Assembly (NCBI GenBank): GCA_012295275.1
Contig: CM022665.1
Span: 26,722,001-26,786,000 of the forward strand
Source of the DNA: Chrysomallon squamiferum
Lineage: Eukaryota; Animalia; Mollusca
Direction of reading: 5' to 3'
DNA length: 64,000 bases
The position numbers and the translations under genes are program-made. The notes beneath the pieces were generated by a model that worked only from the letters and a program-made list of their open reading frames with translations, was not told the DNA's origin and made no database searches. Position 1 is the stretch's first letter; every line of letters begins with the position of its first letter. Below are positions 25,201 through 33,084 of the stretch, in pieces.

Positions 25201-26189
25201 CTGATATACAAATGTGTTTAGGACATAACTATTTATGATGTAAAGTACACATTTTAATATATAAATATGCATAATTTTAAATACTTATTGTCCATCTTGA
25301 TTATTAGTACCAGGAATTGTTTATGGCATAGTTCTGGATGCTGAAGTGAAGGGCCACATTAAAGAAGTTATTTATACGGAAATAATTAGTGAAATATCTG
25401 ATACCAGCCTCAGTGGAGTCTAGCAATCTTCCATAGGTGATCTCGCAGAGTAGCCATAAATCCCATTTCCTATATTTTATAGGCAACTAAATAGCGTTCG
25501 TGCTTATATTATTAAAGCATGTTCAGTGCATGTGGTTTACATGTTTTTCTTCTGTTCTGACTTTCAGAATATATAATAAGTAAAAATGGGTCGTCCTAAA
25601 TGATGTGCCCATGGACCTCCCCAAAAATGTTTTCTTCTCTTTTATTAATTTTATCATTTTATGCAATTCCATTTTTATTTACAACTAGTTCCTATGGAAT
25701 TCAGTGCAAATAAATATTTCTTGTAATTCGTTCATTTCTGAACATGTTATTGTTATAGATGTAAAAAGTTCTTACGCTATAATATCCAAGACAGTAGTAT
25801 GTGTTATTTTAAAATACCTTTTTCTCAGATTCTTTACCCTGGTTTTCTTCTTCAGAAGGTGGTGGGGGTTCTGGTGGAAGTGGTGGTTTCACATCTGATG
25901 GTGGCTGTGGTTCAATCGGTGGTGCTGGATTGATGTTCGCTCCAGATGATGAAGTATCTTCTACAATCGAACTCGGGGGAGGTAGAGGTGGTTGTACAGA
26001 TGGAGTGGGAATTGGTGGAATAGGAGGCTGACCCACCATTTGCCTTGGCCATTGTCCTTGTTGTGGGTAATACCATTGATACATCTGAGGATTCATTGGA
26101 CCTCCTTGGGGAGGATATAGTGGTTGTTGTTGATACTGTATTGCAGGATTTACGTAAGTACCTACTCCTTGTTGCCATGTTGGAAACAT
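2621..26189 (-). CDS. YLPM1: YLP motif-containing protein 1 (YLPM1/ZAP3) orthologue, whole spliced gene span, 20 coding exons, about 1669 aa
   Basis: Manual splice reconstruction gives GT-AG introns with matching phases throughout (5010 nt CDS). Diagnostic segments are IVIILRGLPGVGKTYVSKLIRDKE (Walker A), LDDYFMVE, EYEYEPEMEKAYR, FFPFIILDAVN, and the C-terminus KKRVRWADIEEKQ...ELGFIVGQTQLDWDRITDD...ALNQTKYI*. All closely resemble vertebrate YLPM1 as I recall it. Confidence 0.95.
3919..4034 (-). CDS. YLPM1: YLPM1 coding exon 19 (DKLDGLRLNKRKRSPSPQSVEDFLQMDYFNRRSIPGKKR)
   Basis: ttacag acceptor, AGG|gtgagt donor, 116 nt, phase 1 to 0. Not in the ORF track. Confidence 0.92.
5645..5730 (-). mobile_element. 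Short SINE core remnant
   Basis: tagctacaagggatcttttat is the reverse complement of the ataaaagatcccttg core related to the 16.3-kb copy. Confidence 0.4.
7710..7781. repeat. (CT)n microsatellite
   Basis: Direct inspection; an (AT)n tract lies nearby at 7555-7586. Confidence 0.95.
8595..9224. repeat. Tandem repeat with a 200-bp unit, about 3 copies, in YLPM1 intron 18
   Basis: 8803-9002 and 9003-9202 are nearly identical; a more diverged partial copy lies at about 8595-8760. It explains the duplicated ORFs at 8905 and 9105. Confidence 0.95.
9443..9737. mobile_element. Non-autonomous hAT (Charlie-like) DNA transposon / MITE, about 295 bp
   Basis: TIRs tataggttttcaacct ... aggttgaaaacccgtg (left end differs only by C>T/G>A transitions); 8-bp TSD gcatagat (9435-9442) / gcatagaa (9738-9745); internal ggggtcgcg motifs typical of the group. 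Confidence 0.85.
10081..10129 (-). CDS. YLPM1: YLPM1 coding exon 18 (49 nt, INQKSRWEIEASEEQL)
   Basis: tggcag acceptor, TAG|gtaagt donor, phase 0 to 1. Resembles vertebrate KSKWEMDTSEAKL. Confidence 0.9.
11741..11860 (-). CDS. YLPM1: YLPM1 coding exon 17 (VEMEDAAKEE...ELHSFGG, acidic)
   Basis: atacag acceptor, GGG|gtaaac donor, 120 nt, phase 0 to 0. Confidence 0.9.
12336..12419 (-). CDS. YLPM1: YLPM1 coding exon 16 (IQKRWEETPRHFLRLDIRWLLQEDSITE)
   Basis: ccccttag acceptor, GAG|gtttgt donor, 84 nt, conserved WE..P.H..RLDIR.LLQ segment. Confidence 0.92.
12703..12786 (-). CDS. YLPM1: YLPM1 coding exon 15 (VYVAHVEADISICSKRNTHKFTLSDIEK)
   Basis: tttcag acceptor, AAG|gtaaga donor, 84 nt, C.KRN.H motif of the kinase-like domain. 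Not in the ORF track. Confidence 0.92.
13151..13525. mobile_element. Non-autonomous Tc1/mariner-pogo (Tigger-like) MITE, about 375 bp
   Basis: 23-bp TIRs cagtagtatcttgacttacgagt / actcttaagtcaaggtaccactg; TA target on the right, TG (mutated TA) on the left. Confidence 0.85.
14079..14155. repeat. Compound (TA)n-(CA)n-(AGAT)n microsatellite
   Basis: Direct inspection. Confidence 0.9.
14833..15009 (-). CDS. YLPM1: YLPM1 coding exon 14 (VLEYEYEPEMEKAYR...FFPFIILDAVN...AKSKGFQ)
   Basis: tgtcag acceptor, CAG|gttggt donor, 177 nt, phase 0 to 0. Confidence 0.94.
15416..15535 (-). CDS. YLPM1: YLPM1 coding exon 13 (DKELANGGSAPRMLCLDDYFMVEVEKKEKDPESKKMVTKK)
   Basis: 120 nt, phase 0 to 0, conserved LDDYF motif. 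Confidence 0.93.
15814..16066 (-). CDS. YLPM1: YLPM1 coding exon 12 (start of P-loop kinase-like domain, Walker A GLPGVGKT)
   Basis: tatag acceptor, AGA|gtgagt donor, 253 nt, phase 2 to 0, in frame with exon 11. Confidence 0.93.
16144..16310 (+). mobile_element. Degraded tRNA-derived SINE fragment (Meta-domain-like core), interrupted by (TA)n
   Basis: gggctatttctcattccagccagtg...aacaaaagg...ggtatgtactatc...tataaaagttctttgctgct resembles the MetaSINE core as I recall it; a related copy lies inverted at 16320-16510. Confidence 0.65.
16320..16510 (-). mobile_element. Degraded SINE fragment, opposite orientation to the 16144-16310 copy
   Basis: 16416-16440 is the reverse complement of 16176-16200 at 21/25 positions; tRNA-head-like end (tcactaagctaca) near 16510. 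Confidence 0.6.
16793..17033 (-). CDS. YLPM1: YLPM1 coding exon 11 (mixed-charge RD/RE dipeptide tract)
   Basis: ttcttag acceptor, CA|gtgagt donor, 241 nt, phase 1 to 2. Varied Arg/Asp/Glu codons show it is coding and not a simple microsatellite. Confidence 0.88.
17334..17426 (-). CDS. YLPM1: YLPM1 coding exon 10 (VPVFTGPQTVIDYGHGQQPDDRAAAVLHNK)
   Basis: ttgtag acceptor, AAG|gtatat donor, 93 nt, phase 1 to 1. Confidence 0.85.
17825..18150 (-). CDS. YLPM1: YLPM1 coding exon 9 (DRP-repeat region, ...ESIDYGHKPTRDPDFKR)
   Basis: Poly-T tract plus gtag acceptor, G|gtttgt donor, 326 nt, phase 2 to 1. Confidence 0.88.
19207..19466 (-). CDS. YLPM1: YLPM1 coding exon 8 (SFEHGRGQERGRG...DPYLPT...DPFRRD)
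   Basis: Within ORF 19191-19553; donor AG|gtttga, phase 2. The acceptor (gaag) is weak, so the 5' boundary is approximate. Confidence 0.8.
19749..20054 (-). CDS. YLPM1: YLPM1 coding exon 7 (SEKSAIPAEAP...QKPFGTE)
   Basis: gcacag acceptor, GAA|gtaaga donor, 306 nt, phase 0 to 0. Confidence 0.82.
20567..20908 (-). CDS. YLPM1: YLPM1 coding exon 6 (AVSERVEEEPDF...ERLAQDVQYEVNT)
   Basis: Within ORF 20549-20947, phase 0 to 0. Donor is ACG|gtttgt, with GAA|gtgaat 9 nt earlier as an in-frame alternative. Confidence 0.8.
21067..21115 (-). CDS. YLPM1: YLPM1 coding exon 5 (49 nt, QPRGHFPPPRSDDGNI)
   Basis: tttttcag acceptor, ATA|gtaagt donor, phase 2 to 0, composition matches flanking exons. Confidence 0.8.
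21369..22989 (-). CDS. YLPM1: YLPM1 coding exon 4 (large Gly/Pro/Gln/Arg-rich low-complexity exon with RGG and 8-aa repeats)
   Basis: Lies within the 555-aa ORF 21341-23008; ttttcag acceptor at 22990-22991; TT|gttagt donor gives the phase 2 needed by the next exon. Confidence 0.9.
21925..22090 (-). repeat. Coding 24-nt tandem repeat (FQGPQDQQ / FQEPQDSQ-type octapeptides) in YLPM1 exon 4
   Basis: About six consecutive F[QK][GE]P[QH]xxx units in the translation. Confidence 0.85.
23440..23541 (-). CDS. YLPM1: YLPM1 coding exon 3 (SAEYDAIMTEEKNFSNQYQQWKNQYDSWKEQNK)
   Basis: 102 nt, phase 1 to 1. Joins DHPNKDQFKQYEQQW to give the conserved W..Q...W....HP.KDQ...YE.QW helical segment of YLPM1. 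Confidence 0.9.
23989..24136 (-). CDS. YLPM1: YLPM1 coding exon 2 (GSRSKGDKEDEKIAQLKVQAQQWQQIQQK...)
   Basis: tttcag acceptor, CAG|gtatag donor, 148 nt, phase 0 to 1, open frame. Confidence 0.88.
25818..26189 (-). CDS. YLPM1: YLPM1 coding exon 1 (Pro/Gln-rich, MFPTWQQG...PPLPPEPPPP...KESEKK)
   Basis: ATG at 26189, 124 codons, donor AAG|gtattt, phase 0. Confidence 0.9.
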
Positions 26190-26600
26190 TATTATCTTTT
26201 TTTTGTGGTTAATTTACAGTTTATGTAAATTCAAAACTAAACAAACTAAATTAACGTAATTATTGCCCTTTACTATACTAAATTAACAGTTATGTTACGC
26301 TGTACAACAGTAAGAGATACAGTCTAACATTAAAGTGGAACGATCTAGTACAAACGAAATAAGCCGAAGTATGCCGAATGTTCGGAACAGGATAGCAAAT
26401 GTAAGAAGTAGCCAATAAATTTAATTCGTTTGGGTATTTATAAAAAAAATATCAAGTAATCTTGGATTAAATTTTTCAGTTTGCTTAGTAAATCTTGATT
26501 TTGATTCGGTATACTTTGGAAGTATTGGCTTAAATGTCTTTGTTTAGCGACCAGATCCAGATGTTTTTATGAATGGGATTTCTTTGTTGCTTTACGTGTT
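26190..26600 (-). promoter_or_regulatory. YLPM1 5'UTR and promoter
   Basis: CpG-retaining sequence upstream of the ATG with no convincing acceptor before it; CCAAT boxes at 26412-26416 (+) and 26524-26528 (-); TACGTG at 26593-26598. Confidence 0.5.
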
Positions 26601-28735
26601 TTACAATTTATGCACAAATCAATTTTACAGGCATCTAAGCGATTGTTTTATTTATACAGAAACCTCTGCTAATAATAATTAAAATATGTTCACAAAAATA
26701 AATTCAGTTGGAAGTTATTTGGTATAAATTTAGCTATTTGTTGTTTGTTGGGTTTTTGTTGTTTTTTTATTAATAAATTTTTATTTGTTATAAACAATTG
26801 GCACAAACAAATAATATATTTATCGGCTGAACCTAACATATTTAGACAAAACTAACTGCAAGAAACATCGGGATTTCCAATACACATGACTTCAAGCATC
26901 CGAATGTACAAGACTTAGAGTAGAAAAAAATAAGTTCTGAAGATGAATATCAACCAAAAAACAACACAACAACAAAACAAAAACAAAAACAAAAACAGAA
27001 AATAAAATCTCTTTTTAAATTCTCCGAGTGGAAAAGTTTCAGGCAAGAAACCCATATTCCAGTTTTCACAAGATGAAAACTGGTGATTCACCTAGATATT
27101 TCTATACCTCCCTTTTCAAAACATTCATTTGTGTATCGTTGGTATGTTTAATATTTGTCTCATATAATTATTTTGCACTATTTAATTTATTCTTCAGTGC
27201 GAAAATGGTGTTGAAATGCAGTAATAAACAGAAGTAGATTATGTACCTCTTGAGTTAACTTTCATTTAAGTTCAGTTAATGTGTTAGGGCTTGAATAAGA
27301 CAGTACTGTAAATAACTAAAATGATAAGGAGTTGAGAATTCAAATATAGTATTTATTTCAAAACGGTACATTTTATTAAGTATCCATTCTTACTTCGTGA
27401 GTAATTTTACAGACTGTTTATTAAGATTAGTTGGCAAGTTTTTTAACCACGCTATTTAAGCATATAAATTATTTTATATCCGGAAAAAGAACTAATATTA
27501 CTTCCGACCAATAAAAGAAGGCAACATTTAAAGAAGTATTAAATTAAAAATGATTCATCTTATATGTCTAAAGGCTTTGGTGTTCACAGTTATGCAAGAG
27601 CCCTTTCCCAAATTATTGCTCTGTAGTAGATGTTATTTTTGGACCGGTCTGAATGCATATTTGATATTCTTCAATGTCTGTGTGTATAATTAGATTGGCA
27701 TTGTTTGACCCGTGAACCAAATCCCTTCTGCTATCCCATAACAACCTTTCACGGAAATTCCACAATGCACAAATCAAGGTCATATCTGTTTACATGTCTA
27801 GCAGCACATACGCCAAATAGAACGTTGACTTATGTGGTCCAAATTGTGCAACAATCGTATCGCTGCATCAATGCATCATAGCCCTGGCCATTGCATTCAA
27901 ATGCGAAACAAACGCGTTGAATACAAATACCATTTTGTGAAGACGAAGTGCTAGCTATCACGTTCAAAATTAACAAGAGTCGACAGAATGGCAAAATGAT
28001 AGCTCTTATCATCACAATAATGCGACACTGGCACTAGTTATTTAACATTTGTTTATTCTCAAAAATATTAATGGCCGTATATACTAACTTCACACAAATG
28101 AAATCTGGAACATTCAGAGAAAGAATTACGTTTTGATTTGTCCAAACTCGGTGAATGTTCTTTCTTTCTTTCTTTTACTTCTTCTTTTTATTATTACTGA
28201 ACAAAGATAACTATAATCAGTATAGTAATTATTTATTTAATAATTTTATTTCGACCTAGGGTACTTACTTTTTATTCTATTTTAATAATTGTAAACGTAA
28301 AAAGAAGTTTGATAAATGTATTTTAATCAAGAATGCAAGGCTTAATATACTTATTTATTTTGCATCATACCTTTATACGATAATCTATATACACCTATGT
28401 GTTTAATGATACGCATATGCATGCATATGTGTGTAATACTGCTGATCAGTTGGAAGTTGAAATGATTTAAACAACGGCCACTACAACAGCGCTAGTTGAG
28501 ACAAAAACACGTCGACAAACACAGGTTCGGATTCTGGCTGTATCCCAAGATTTGTCACCAGTTAAATAAAAACAAACAACAACCAGCAATAACAACAATA
28601 AAAACAAAAAATCTTTAAAACAGAGAAATACAAATTATTTTATGTATGTATGTGTATGTCTGTATAATAATAATAATAAAGAAACTAAAATATTTGCACA
28701 GTCATAGCAAACAATTAACTTTTGATTCTGAATAA

Positions 28736-28740
<5 letters not shown>

Positions 28741-28797
<57 letters not shown>
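28741..28797. repeat. (TC)n microsatellite in the intergenic spacer
   Basis: Direct inspection. Confidence 0.95.
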
Positions 28798-28802
<5 letters not shown>

Positions 28803-29168
28803 GCGTGCGCTAACCAATTCATTCGTTTAGTCATTTATACCAGTGCTTGAGGAATATTAACTTTTACAGGTAACATATTGTATCAAATATAACTTTTTCA
28901 AAATATTTATTTCCAAACATGTACGATTAACTTCGTATTAAACCATTACGTGATATAAAAAAAATTAATAATCCTTTTTTCTTTTTTAAAAGTAGAAACT
29001 AATGCAAAGGTATTTAATGATACAAAACAGGAACGAACATTGCTGCAGGAACCGAATGTACTCACCTGTAATATAAAATTAAAAACAAAATTAAAAATAA
29101 TTCTTGCCCTAAGCTTTTTCATGAAAGTCCGGTTTACCTAGCACCTACAACTTTTTCTAAAAACATTA

Positions 29169-29199
<31 letters not shown>

Positions 29200-29689
29200 G
29201 ATTTAATATGTTTTAAAAACAAGCATCACATCTTCATCTAACATTATTATATTGTTTTCAAAACACTTCTGAATATTATTTAGCAGTGCAGGTATACGGT
29301 CAATATAGTATTTTGATATACTGAAATATGTGATAATAGGACAGTTGAAGAAGATTACACATTTTTTACAATAATACATTTTAAATGCATCAGATATGTT
29401 ATTATTATTATTATTATTATTAAGTAGCTGTATGTGCAGTTCCCATTTGATTTATCTGTTAGAGAAAAATCCAGTGTTACGTTAAGACGTCCATAGCCTA
29501 AATACAGTCAAGAACAGTTTGTAACTAATAAAATAATTATAATCTTTATTTATTTATTATTTTAAAATAATTATATAATTAAAAGAAGCTTAATTTTATT
29601 TTGTGTGTGTGTGTGTGTTTATTTTTGCTTGGAGATTTTATATGCATATATTTTTGAGTGTATGTATGTATATATGTACCATTCAAATA

Positions 29690-30089
29690 TTTGCACGTGC
29701 ATGTTTCGGTAGATAGTCAAGTAGATATAAATATAATAATTATTATTCATAAACACTATATATTATATTAATTAGTAACTGGATTTCGTCTTTAAATGTT
29801 TCGTTTAAACACGCACCTTAATTTAAAAATAAGAAACACACCTACAAATACACTACAGGCAGTTCCGGAGTTATTTTTTATTCAGACCGGATATATACGA
29901 ATACCGCCGAATGCAATTGGATCTAGAACTGAGGGAAAGTGACGTCATACAAGAGAGTGCTCTTGCTTACGAACAAAACAGAAACAGTGTAACTGGATTA
30001 CCCACTTATTAATTGATTTTCGAAGATTTGACACATTTATCAAGTACAGAGATTGATTTGGAACATAAAAGTGAATACTGAATGTGACA
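29690..30089 (+). promoter_or_regulatory. HIF-alpha proximal promoter and 5'UTR
   Basis: CpG-retaining stretch with perfect CRE TGACGTCA (29940-29947), palindromic E-box/HRE CACGTG (29694-29699), CACGC (29810-29814) and ETS-like TTCCGG/CCGGAT (about 29863-29892), directly upstream of coding exon 1. TSS not determinable. Confidence 0.65.
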
Positions 30090-30112
30090 ATGTTGTTAAA
30101 AGAAAAACGAAG
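30090..30112 (+). CDS. HIF1A: HIF-alpha coding exon 1 (MLLKEKR + AG of a split Arg codon)
   Basis: acaATG TTG TTA AAA GAA AAA CGA AG|gtatgt. Joining phase 2 to exon 2 gives [22 protein letters not shown], the typical invertebrate HIF-alpha N-terminus. Lies at the end of a CpG-retaining promoter region. Confidence 0.85.
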
Positions 30113-31011
30113 GTATGTGTTTTATCGTTCAATTTTAGCTGTAGCCAGCATGCGCCTAATACACAGGTCAACCTGCTCTTGAAGTTTCGTACTTTTGTGA
30201 CCCTTCACTGTTGTGTGAAATCATCGAAAACGTTAACATCTTTATAAAAAACGGTTATGTAGTGTCATTCCTTAAATACAGAATGATCGATTGATATTTG
30301 TGTTAAATATCTATTTGCCATAAAATGCGGAAATAACGTCGACTCAATTTAGCAGACTTTGACCTCAAAATGATTTGACAAGAGAGAAAAAAATAGTACT
30401 ACAATAAACACACGTGGATGAATATTTTCGGATTATATGACACATTTTAAATAATATAACCATCGATGCCCGAACTTAGTGGCTATATAGTTTAAACAGA
30501 TTGCTTTATTTTCTTGCGTAATGCTTTTGACATAAGGGGATCTGGAAATGAACCAGCTTGCGTGTAAGGGATATTGTACTTACAGAGTTACACACAGGCC
30601 AAATGTAGGTCAGCATGTGGTTGTGTGCAACTGTCAAAATAAGATTTCATTTGCTGCTTTTTATGAATCAAGATTGGCCTTTATTTCTAATTGTTTCTTA
30701 TATTTTAGGAAAAAAATAAAAAAGAAAGAAGAAGAGCAATTTAAATTGTTTAATAAATTGTTATTTTTCTTTATTTTTATAAATAAGCCAAGCCCTATTA
30801 TTACATCATCTGTTCAATAAATCACAAGAAATAAATTATAAAAAAGAATCCATATTTTTGTTTTAAAACTAAATGCATCAAATATAATTTTTAGTAAACT
30901 TGCCAGATATTGTATTATATATGTTTTGTTTTCCTTTTCTAAAAAGGAAATGTGATGATTTATCTCATAATTTTACAAAGTAAACTGAGTCAAGGTTAAA
31001 TTAACTTGAAT

Positions 31012-31046
<35 letters not shown>

Positions 31047-32206
31047 TTATTATTATTATTTTATTGTTGTTGTGTTTTAAAATCATTCTTAAAAAAAAAA
31101 AAAAAAAAAAGAAGAAGATAATCTGTAATCACTTAACATGGATATATAATCATAATAATGAAAATTTAAAATTTACAATAACAATAAACACAGTTGTTGG
31201 AATCTGTTATTTCATTGATAGTTAAATTAAAAGTATAATAATTTTTATGGATTGTTATTACACTGGAGATAATGCTTCAATGTATTTAATGGTGTTTTTT
31301 TTGTTTTTTTTGAGTTGATCACGGTGTTATAGATTCAAGCTGTTATTGAGTTGCATGCTGTATGGTAGCTATCACTGAACAATCTGTAGATAATTACTTT
31401 AAACGGATTGGAAATATTATTTTCTTTTTTATAGTTCAATGCTTAAGAATGCTTACTAGAGGCAGTATATGCCATAAGTTACGAGTCACAGCCAGTGCCA
31501 TAATGTCAAGCCAAACTTTATCTTTTCAGATTGAAATATTAAAATGCAGTAAATAAATAAATAAATAAAGGAGAGAAAGAAGAAAGAAATTATGCATTTT
31601 CAATAGGACCTTTTTTTATTAGCAAAAGGAATTCATATTTATTAAAACTACATCCATTTTGTAATTAAAAGATTAAAACTAAATTTTCCTGTTTTAGTTT
31701 AACAGAAGCTCATTGTTGCTATAAAGTACAGTAACCAACAACAAATATAATATTGTGTTTCAAGAATTTATATAATTTTTTTAATTTTTAAACAATTCTG
31801 GTTAAAAAGAAAAACAACAAAATTTAAAAAATAGCAAGAAAACATATATATGTATTAGTGATATTAAAATGCTTTTTTAATAAATAATATACAGAAGATT
31901 CATTAAGTTTGATGAACCAGTAAAACAATAGTTAATTCAGAGCAGGTAATAATATATACTATTCAGTGATTATTTATCTGAAATTGCATAACACTGAAGC
32001 TGATGTCTAAGAGCTGGTAAATGTATTTAAAAAGCTTGTTTAGTAAAAAAAAAAAAAAAAGCACATAAAGAAAAAATGAAATCCATTAAGGAAAGTATTA
32101 ATTCTGTTCTATAAATGTAATCTGATGAATAAATTTTGATTGTTTCTAAAAGCTGTTTTTTTAATTTTAAGATTTCAGACTTGTATTTTCCATTTGTAAA
32201 CTTTTG

Positions 32207-32242
<36 letters not shown>

Positions 32243-32438
32243 TGTACAGATATATTCAGTTGTCCAAGAAAACACAATAAAGGTTTGTGTAGATCAAAAC
32301 CAATATTTTAAACAGCTTTGATAGTGATAATCCAAATCATTACAGGAAGTAGTATTATCTTGAAAAATGTACCAGTTCATCCAAAATAAGACCATTCCTG
32401 TTTTTTATTATGAAACTATTTGCTATCAAAATGATATC

Positions 32439-33084
32439 GAGGGGTTAGAGCCAGAAGGTCATAACTGCATTTTTGCCAAACTGAGAAAAACGCAAAACAA
32501 AGTTTCAGTTTTTTGGCATTTGATAGATTTTTGAAATTTCACATATTTACAGCTTGTTGGACAACTCATCTGTTCAGAATTTTTCATGACAATAGTTCTA
32601 GTCATTAGCTCACCCAACCCCCCAGAATCACTTACGGCATTTTGGCATATGAAAATCTCAGATTTGTAAGTGTAAATAAGTCCTTTTGGCATAAAGTGAA
32701 TTGAGATGTGTATATAGGAACAGAACATCTTAAGTGCACATACTTCCTTTTTGATATATATATACCAAACAATCATGACCATAATGGCATAAGTATCATT
32801 ACGACATACTGGCAAAACAATGTAATAGGTGAATGTACTAATTTCACTGGAACCAAAATGTCGTAAGTGCAGTTATGACTTTTTGGCATTAACAGATATT
32901 CACTTACAACCAACTGGCACGACCACTTACTATCCATAATCACTTACAACTATGTGGTTCATATCTCACAAAGTTATTAACTTGATTCTTTGATATATGA
33001 AAGAATATACTACTGTACATGTATTGGTGATAAAATGTCATTTTAGCTAATAATGCACTTAAGACCCTCTGGCTCTAACTTTTT
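32439..33084. mobile_element. Unclassified TIR DNA transposon / MITE in HIF-alpha intron 1
   Basis: About 40-bp imperfect inverted termini (gttagagccagaaggtcataactgcatt vs aatgcacttaagaccctctggctctaac) plus an internal third copy of the terminal motif at about 32865-32892. Confidence 0.7.

Noticed and set aside
28480-28550. tRNA gene (GGTTCGGATTC B-box-like)
   Set aside because: No cloverleaf or A box; at best a SINE-head remnant.
29979-29995. Iron-responsive element in the HIF-alpha leader (C-N5-CAGTGT, as in vertebrate EPAS1)
   Set aside because: Loop and C spacing fit, but the upper stem AGAAA/AACTG cannot pair, so there is no IRE fold.
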